A DNA stretch of 63,388 nucleotides, filler included, from Octopus bimaculoides (Eukaryota), in assembly GCF_001194135.2 (NCBI RefSeq). It is 4 parts of 4 records of this genome, joined end to end, with 100 filler letters (N's around TTAATTAATTAA, not from the genome) between each part and the next. Parts side by side here need not be neighbours in the genome. Positions count along the whole stretch, not along the records: positions 32,281 to 63,388 come from NC_068995.1; 3 more parts are not named here. One strand, written 5' to 3'. The notes under the pieces were generated by a model. That model was not told where the DNA came from and made no database searches. It saw only the letters and a list, made by a program, of their open reading frames with translations. Every line of letters begins with the position of its first letter. Position 1 is the first letter of the stretch. Made by a program: the position numbers and the translations under genes. This document shows positions 61,795-63,388 of the stretch, one piece after another.

Positions 61795-62656
61795 ACAGAA
61801 TATCCTACCAAAATTTACCAGAGCAAGCGTAGGAAGATATCGAAATAGCACGAAAAGTTATTCCAGTTATTCAATGAAATAATGAGAGATCCAACGAAAT
61901 CACCTGACTGGTTAGCAAAAGGTATTACTTACCTACTCCCGAAGAATATTGAAACCAAATTTCCCCAAAACTATCGGCCCATAACATGTCTGTCTACCAT
62001 GTATAAAATGTTAACATCCATCCTCTTGGAGAAAGCAATACAAATTTATGGAACAGAACGATATTTTCCCCACTGAACCAAAATGGTGCCGACGAGGCTC
62101 ATATGGAATCAAAGGCTATCTCTGCATCAACCACATCTCTGCATCAACCACATCTCTGCATCAACCACATTATTCTTGAGAACTACCATAACAAACGCAG
62201 AAATCTCAATTCCGCATGGGTTGATTATAAAAAAGCCCTTGACAGCGTACGGCATTCATCAATCTTGAAATCGCTGGATATCTTCAAGATTTTTCCTGTG
62301 ATTTCAAACTTTCAGAAGCACATGGTAGTGTGGAATACAAATCTCCAACTATACCACTGTAATGTGGGTGCCGATGTATGATAAGAAAGGAAAGTCAGAA
62401 ACATCTAGATTTTATTCCAGGAGAGACATATCACAGAGAAACCAAAAGATTGTGCTGGCAGGTATTGCCCGCTTCCTTAGAAAGACCCTAGCCATTTAAA
62501 TGTCTCTGTTGTATTATATGAAGATATTTCGCTACTACCCCAGCTGCTTCTGCTCCCCGAGCCGTCAGTTATAGTCTCACATCTCTTATCCTTCACTCGC
62601 CCAAGGACGCTGGGTGTCTTAACGAGTGCTTATAACAAACATGCAGATTTAAAGTA

Positions 62657-62657
<1 letters not shown>
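61795..62657 (+). pseudogene. Internally deleted R4/Dong-clade retrotransposon ending in (TAA)n
   Basis: PDWLAKGITYLLPK...NYRPITCLSTMYKMLTSIL and AWVDYKKALDSVRH (RT N-terminal half) jump to the C-terminal QKIVLAGIARFLRKTLAI*. A short 3' UTR then (TAA)n follows. Confidence 0.85.
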
Positions 62658-62714
<57 letters not shown>

Positions 62715-62744
62715 TTGATGAGAAAGATGATGATGATGATGACT

Positions 62745-62824
<80 letters not shown>

Positions 62825-62828
62825 AGTA

Positions 62829-62873
<45 letters not shown>

Positions 62874-62874
62874 G

Positions 62875-63208
62875 CACACGAAAAGTCCAAACTTTCGGCA
62901 AGGCAACACCAACGTCCTCTCAACGATTAGCCAGAGGTGATTTTTGAAACGAGAACATCGTAAATAAACTAGACCGCTTTCACAAACGAGAATACTAAAA
63001 ATAAACCCAGCCGCTCTCAAAAATTAAGTAACAAAATCAGAATAATAATCCAGAATCCTTATCCCGTACCTGATCGATCCCAATAGTAGTCATGGAATGT
63101 GAAGGTGGCTGTAGAAAATTTAGTAACAGTAATAAATAGTTTTTCCTTATGTAATACAAGCCTAATTTAGCAAATTTACCATTCAAAATAGATTCAAATG
63201 CGGAGGTA

Positions 63209-63211
<3 letters not shown>
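62875..63211 (-). mobile_element. Second Helentron/DINE-like copy with a different 5' interior
   Basis: 62875-63083 is the reverse complement of about 15000-15225. The terminus GCGGAGGTAATA at 63200-63211 matches the 5' end at 14849. Confidence 0.68.
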
Positions 63212-63263
<52 letters not shown>

Positions 63264-63388
63264 CGGATGCAGTACCAGGCAGTGGCTATCATGGCTTCTG
63301 ATCTTAATTGATTTGGAAGGGTTATCATGTACATTGTTTTGTCTTGGTATAAAAGATGGGCTACAGCAAATATTCTGCTTAATACCAC

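Overview
Repeat-dense, AT-rich eukaryotic genomic DNA from a gapped draft assembly. About 6 kb is N, and three 100-bp gaps carry an artificial TTAATTAATTAA linker, so at least four scaffolds are joined here. The repeat landscape (very long di/trinucleotide microsatellites, several tRNA-derived SINE families, RTE, CR1 and R4/Dong LINEs, mariners, Penelope) looks like a coleoid cephalopod, probably Octopus; this is inference from pattern recognition, not a search. I find no recognisable intact host gene. Most ORFs in the supplied track are microsatellite or N read-through. Protein-like sequence is confined to decayed transposons: 3 mariner transposases (2 near full length, 1 internally deleted), RTE/CR1/Dong RT fragments, a gag-knuckle ORF1, and Penelope GIY-YIG pieces. 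A few small splice-site-bounded exon candidates remain unidentified. The best lead is a hammerhead-ribozyme/Penelope theme. Two loci (36.6-37.2 kb and 47.7-48.2 kb) hold the same head-to-head palindromic non-coding element: tRNA-derived Pol III head, (AAT)n linker, then a Penelope-type tail containing a minimal type I hammerhead. Two more hammerhead-like families with variant cores lie at 28.4 kb and at 51.7/39.6 kb, the latter in the 3' UTR of GIY-YIG Penelope remnants. SINE labels S1-S4 are my own working names.
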